Made by a program: the position numbers and the translations under genes. Shown in pieces: positions 55,452 through 64,000 of a stretch of 64,000 bases of DNA (positions are counted from its first letter, which is position 1; each line of letters begins with the position of its first letter). Origin of the DNA: the human T2T-CHM13v2.0 reference genome, Homo sapiens; NCBI RefSeq assembly GCF_009914755.1, contig NC_060941.1. One strand, 5' to 3'. The notes under the pieces were generated by a model that did not search any database, was not told where the DNA came from, and saw only the letters and a program-made list of their open reading frames with translations.

Positions 55452-55930
55452 GTTGTCTGTACCAGTTAGAGTCTAAGTTGCTCTACTCAAGAGATCTCCA
55501 AATGCAGTGGCTCTATTGAGATAACTGTTGCTTACACAACTATCTGAGTTTCAGGTTGACAATGAGCTCTGCTCCATGCATTAGCTTGGGGAGCTAGGTT
55601 TCTTCCATATTGTTCGCCTGCCTTCATTAAGTCATTGTCCGTGTCTGCATAGCCAAAGCTGGGTTCCAGTGTCAATTCTCCAGCTTATCGGAAGAGGAAA
55701 GCAAGAGGAAGGAAGCAGGTCCATCATCTCTCAGCTTTCAGCCCAGACGTGGCTCACAGTGCTCTTATTCATCTTTCTTAGTTGAGCTCATAGGCACATA
55801 GCCACACCTAACAGCAAGGGAGGCTGGGGAATGGAGTGTGTGTCTGGCCACCTGTGTGTCAGGTTATTGTTCTCCTACCACGGAAGACGGGGAGAATGGA
55901 TTGGGATGGACATTGAGCAGTGTGCATCAT
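55452..55930 (-). mobile_element. LTR33-like ERVL LTR
   Basis: cacatagccacacctaacagcaagggaggctgggga...ggggagaatggattggg. Confidence 0.65.
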
Positions 55931-57211
55931 TCATGCTGTTTGCATAAAGTCTATGCTCTCATGAAGTTTACCTTGACTTGAGGTAAACAAATATTCCAAT
56001 TCATACTATAACTTCACATAATGGTACATGCTATGGAGAAAAATAATGTGAGTAAAGGGATATTGAATAACGAAAATTGTTACATAGATAGGATTGGAGG
56101 ACCCTTAGAAATGCCAGCCCAGCCTTTCATTTTACAGATGAGAATGTTGAAGGTAGAATAACTAAGAAGTGTTTAGTATCAACAAGCAAATGAAAGGAGT
56201 GTACTAGAAAAAAGGCAGTTTCTTCCGGTGCCTCCAAATAATACAGCGGAGTTTGGTGTCTGAGCTGTTGTCCTCATGGTCTGACTTTGGTGGGGTAAGG
56301 AAGTGGGCACTAGGGAGGTTGATGCCCAGGTCACCAAAATCTATCATGGAAGGGCAGGGTTAGTGGGCCTTTAGAAATGCTGGCCCAATCTCTGATTTTA
56401 TAGGTGAGAAACCTGCAGTCCAGAGGGACGAACCATCTGCCCTGAATTTCCTTAGTGTTTTGGCTTTTTCACAATTTCTGTTCAGGAAGATGGCCATGTA
56501 ACAGGCAGAAATGCCAGGGTGGAGAAGGCACAGCTAAAGAAGCAAACTGCCAGAATTCCATCAGGGTGATCCCAGCTCCCTAAACACACAAACATCTGCC
56601 TCTGCCCAACCCTTCCTCCTAACCTCATATGTGCACAGGAATGCAGCAAATTAACTTCTCCTGGAAATGGCAGGAGCGTGGTTTTCTCCCTTCTGCATCC
56701 AAGGATACCAAGGGAGCTTTCTCTTTTCCCCTCTACCGAAGGCCACAATATCTCAGACTTCCCAGTACAATTTCCAGAGTGCTTTATTAAATAACTCACT
56801 AAACACCCCAGATACTGTGATCGGCTACGTTCGCTAAGCCCTCCTCATTTCACAAGCTGATCCAAAAAGCAATCAAGTTTGTCCAGCATGATTTGTTCTT
56901 TAATAAAGAAACTCTGCGATCTCACAGCTGATCTTTGCCCAGGGCTCAGGCTGCAACCAATACTTGAGTTCTGTTGGGTAAGTATCCACAGGGGAATCTC
57001 TCCATGCTCGGTGGCTGCGATGCAGGCAACAGCTGTAAAGAAAATGCTTTGTTATGTAAAGGGAAGAACAGGCAACCTTTCAGAGTCAGACTGGAAGGCA
57101 CAGTGGCAAATTAGTTCGGTAAACCTGTAGGCTCTCAGTTTCATACTTTCACCAGATACTAAACTTCCAAAGATTGGGCACTGCCAGTGGAGCACGAATC
57201 ATCCACGTGGC

Positions 57212-57508
<297 letters not shown>

Positions 57509-58937
57509 TCCACATGAAGCAAGTGTTTGCTGGCAGAAGTTATACAGAACTGGCCTTCATCATTTAGGGAGAATAAGTTACTAGTTGGGCCTAATTGCAG
57601 CTTGTTTTCTGTAATAATTTCAGTCGATGAATATGATTGTTTCTCATGTGGAACCTGTATCTATTCTGTAGGAGATCCATCTTATCAGTGACCAATCTGT
57701 TGTGTTTCTTCTTTTGGAAGCAGGAAGATAACCTGAGAACCTGGATTGGGCCATTCCCTGCTTTTCCTTTTTTGTTCTCTTACTTTCTGATGCTTTGATG
57801 TTTTAACTTCTGATGTTAGATTTTTACCCTCTTGTGGGTGATAACTGAATTCTGTGCAGTGGCCATACTCTAAGGCATCATCAATAATTTACAGAGTGGT
57901 TTGTCAATAACTTTAGCTCTTTATTAAATCAAGTGAATAGATGTTCCCTATGCAAGCATTTGCTTTGCCCCGGCTTTGTGTGATAACTTTGGCAGCTCAC
58001 TTTAGAAAAAGTGCTTGTTTCTCTTTTAAGGTTCTTCCTGTACAGAGAGATTTCTGTGCTTTATCTTGATTTTGGATTTCCTTTCCCCATTTTCAAATCT
58101 GGAATATAAGTGTCAAGAAAAGGGATTTGGTCATTCATTCACTCACTTATTGAGGCATTGTCCTCAGCTGCATGGCCAAAGCTGAACTGCAGCATGAGGA
58201 CATCCAGCACTTTTCAGGCTTCAGCCCAGAAGTGGCTCATGGTACTTAATCACCTTTCTTAGGTGAGATCCTAGGCTCATGGCCACATCTGACAGCAAGG
58301 GAGGCTGGGGAGTGGAGTGTGTCTGGCTAGCCATGTGTGTTAGGCTGCAGTTATACCACAGAAGATGGGGAGAGTGGATTGGGATGGACAGTCTCCATTA
58401 TACATGCTATTTTCTTACTGTCTTGACTTGAGGAGGTAAACAAATATTCAAATTCATAATGACTCTGTGTGCCAGGCACTGTTTTAGGGTTGAGACTACC
58501 AGAATGAGCAAAATCTGTTTACATATGTGTCATAATACTGCTGTCAACCCAAGGCTGTTGACAATCAATAGACAACTAAGTCCATTGTATAACTTCACAT
58601 AATGGCAAACTGTATGAAGGGAAATAATGCAGGTTAGGGGATATAAGATGATCAAAATTGCTGCTCAGGGTGGTCGAGAATGACAAAGCCAGAGAATGCA
58701 ATGCCCTGAGACTGGCCTGCAGTTGAGTTGTTTGAGGAACATCAAGGAGTCCTGAATGGCTGGAACAGAAGGAGCATGAGGAGACAGAAGAAATGAGGTC
58801 ACTAGAGCCCATCATGAAAGACCTCGTGGGCCAGAGGAAAGCTCTGGACTTTATTCTAAATGAGATGGGAAGCTCTTAGAGGGTTAGGGGCAAGGAACAG
58901 ACAAGATCATATTTATGCTTTAAAAAGATCACCTCTG

Positions 58938-59561
<624 letters not shown>

Positions 59562-59987
59562 TCACCTCTGGCTGTTGTGTGGACAGGAAACTAAGTATTT
59601 TCTTTGGAATCTTTGCATTTATGCAGGTGAGATTTTCTTGTTTGTTACTATATGATGTGGCAGGTCTTGGAGTCATGGCTATACTAGTAAAATGCATTGG
59701 AAAATGTATTACAAATCTGTTGTAACACAATACTAGTCCAATGAATTGGAATGCTTACCTCTTTTTTCCTTAGCAGCATAAGTATAAGGCATTCCTTGAA
59801 GCTTCAAAACCTCTTTTGTGGGGGAACAAATTTGGAAAATTCTTTCATAATCAACAGTGTTTTATGTTTTTTAAATTATACTTTAAAAAATAGCACACCC
59901 ATTTTATTGGCATTTTCATATAACTACTCTGATGAGTTTTAATCTCTCCATTGTTAATTATATTTTCTTTCTTATTGCTAGAGATAG

Positions 59988-60317
<330 letters not shown>

Positions 60318-61169
60318 GTTATTTTTTCTTTTGTTGATAAAATATGTCAGAAATTATAACGCTTTACTTATTTTTTTTGGTCACTGAACTAAGTTTAGGA
60401 CTTATTTATTACTTACATGTTTTCTAAATGTATTAATTGCCACTTTTATCCATTAATCCTTTTCTCTTCATTTCCCTGAGTTTTATTATCTAATATACTG
60501 TGTTGAGGGCTTAATTAATTTATTATCATGTTTTTGTTTAATTATTAAATTATAAAAACTATGAATTTCCTTCTTATAACAACCCTTTTCACATTTTGTA
60601 ATTTTTGCTATGTATTATTCTCACTGTTTGTTATGGTTTTTAATTAGTCAATTTGTTTACCTCTTTAATACAAAAGTTACTTAAGATTGTATTTTTCTGA
60701 AAATAATATCTGTTGCTTTGAAAACGCACTTCATCTATAAATGAATAGGCTAAAAAGCAAAATATACCACTCACCTCCTTTTTTACTCCTAGATCAATGA
60801 TTCCTTAGTTGTCCAAAGGGATCACTACCTTTAAGAGGAAGCATCCAAAGAGACCTTGTCCAAACACATATAAAACAATATAAGCATATATGGTTTTGTC
60901 AAAATGAAGTAATATCATAGATGTCCTCCCAGTTTCTTTATTTATTCAGGAATAAGCTATGGCAGTATCCATAGTTCTATTTCATTCTTTTTAAATGGTC
61001 ATTTTATAATATGGAATAAATGTATCAAATCATTCCCCTACCAGTGAGCATATAGGCATCTAGGTTGTCGTTTTTTAAAAACAATATATATTCTCCTTGT
61101 GCACTTGTGCAAAATTTGTATAGAATGCTAGATCAAAATTACTCCCATTTTTTCTTTTTATAGGTAAAG

Positions 61170-61374
61170 GCGTTGATGTGCTTATAAACTCTGTCAAACA
61201 AACAAACAAAAACAACCATTTGATTTGTACCATTTGCCAATTTCCCTGGTGTAAAAATTCCCACCATGGGCAACTTCAAGCTACCAACTCCTCTAAAAAA
61301 TATTCTTAAATATTTAACTACAGACTCGTGTAAGCCAGTTCAAATCAATTCCATCTGATCCTAGCACACCACTT
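61170..61374. mobile_element. MER63A-like hAT-Blackjack MITE
   Basis: tgatttgtaccatttgccaatttccctggtgtaaa...cccaccatgg...ttcaagctaccaac...agcacaccact. Confidence 0.75.
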
Positions 61375-61614
61375 CAAAAAGCTGAATTGCCTCTAAAATT
61401 ATTGGGTTAGTATATACTCATGCAGTATCTGATAGTGCACCTCTCTCTATAACTTCAGTAACCCTGAATGTTAAGAATTTTTCTATTTTTCCAATCTGAG
61501 TTTTAAAAATTGTATTTCACTGTTGTTTAGTTTGCTTTTCTTTTCATGTGTTTAAATACCACTTATATGTCTTCTATGAATAGCTTATTCATATTATTTT
61601 CCTACCCCCTTTTT

Positions 61615-62280
61615 TAAATTCAACAACATTTTGAGTCCTTTCTACATACTGTGAATTCCTGTAGCTGCTAAGGATAGAAAAGCGAACAAGATGGATTCTT
61701 TTCTCTGTTCTAGTAAAGGTATTCTAGGGACATGATATCCAGAAACGAGTAATCAGACAGACAAAATTATTGCAAATTGGAAGCAAAGTATGAAGGTGGG
61801 AGCTATACATGGAAGCTAAACTAGAAATTAAAAGGGGCATCTCTTTTAACCGTTACCTTTTGGGAAGCCCTCCCTGGGGAGGCGGCATTTAAGCAGGGAT
61901 TTGAAGGGTATGGAGGAGTCAGCCAGGTCAACAGGGTGAGCTGACAACTGGGAAATTGAGGTGGTGTTGCTAAGCCTTCCAAACAGCAGCAACAATCTCT
62001 GCAATCTTTCTGAGAACTCAGGGAGATTAGGGAAGACCAGCAAGTCAAGAGCCTGGTGATGCTGGAGGAGAGATGAGTAAGATGAAGACGGAGAGAGAGA
62101 GAGAGAAGGACCAGGGTTGGATGGCCGGCCACTGAAGGTTTTTAGGTAGAGAATGATGTAATGCTATTGAAAATAAAGATATACTAATATCTTTTACAAC
62201 TGTGCATAGAATAGATTATAGAGAGGCAAAAGAGGTATCTGGGAGTCAGTGAAAAGAGACTGTGCTGTGATCATCACAGT
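61615..62280 (-). mobile_element. L2 fragment
   Basis: attcaacaacattttgagt...gcgaacaagatgg...ggaggcggcatttaagcagggatttgaagg. Confidence 0.6.
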
Positions 62281-62359
62281 GAACAGCTCAGAGAGTCCCA
62301 TTCAAACTGAACTCTGTGCTCTGCTGTTACTGACAGCCCTGTGGACCAAACTGACAGAC

Positions 62360-64000
<1,641 letters not shown>

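Overview
Primate genomic DNA, most likely human. The window lies inside SHISA6 (CKAMP52, an AMPA-receptor auxiliary subunit), which is transcribed on the + strand. The only protein-coding sequence I can support is one 161-bp internal exon (11572-11732). It encodes R|ALADILRQQGPIPIAHCERETISAIDTSPKENTPVRSSSKNHYTPVRTAKQTP, which I recognise from memory as the SHISA6 juxtamembrane cytoplasmic segment (exon 2). Everything else is intron, largely made of Alu, MIR, L1, L2, MaLR/ERVL LTRs, hAT/Tc-mariner MITEs and simple repeats. The rest of the ORF track is repeat-derived or chance. I found no convincing previously undescribed biological system. The best leads are: (1) a near-consensus CTCF site with its upstream module about 1.2 kb after the exon; (2) exon 2 bracketed by sense Alus upstream and five consecutive antisense Alus downstream, a circRNA/skipping geometry; (3) candidate poison or cryptic exons next to sense-strand CU- and UG-rich tracts; (4) several local duplications or templated insertions not explained by repeat consensus; (5) well-preserved retrotransposition fossils. 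Repeat subfamily calls and old-repeat boundaries were made by eye and are approximate.
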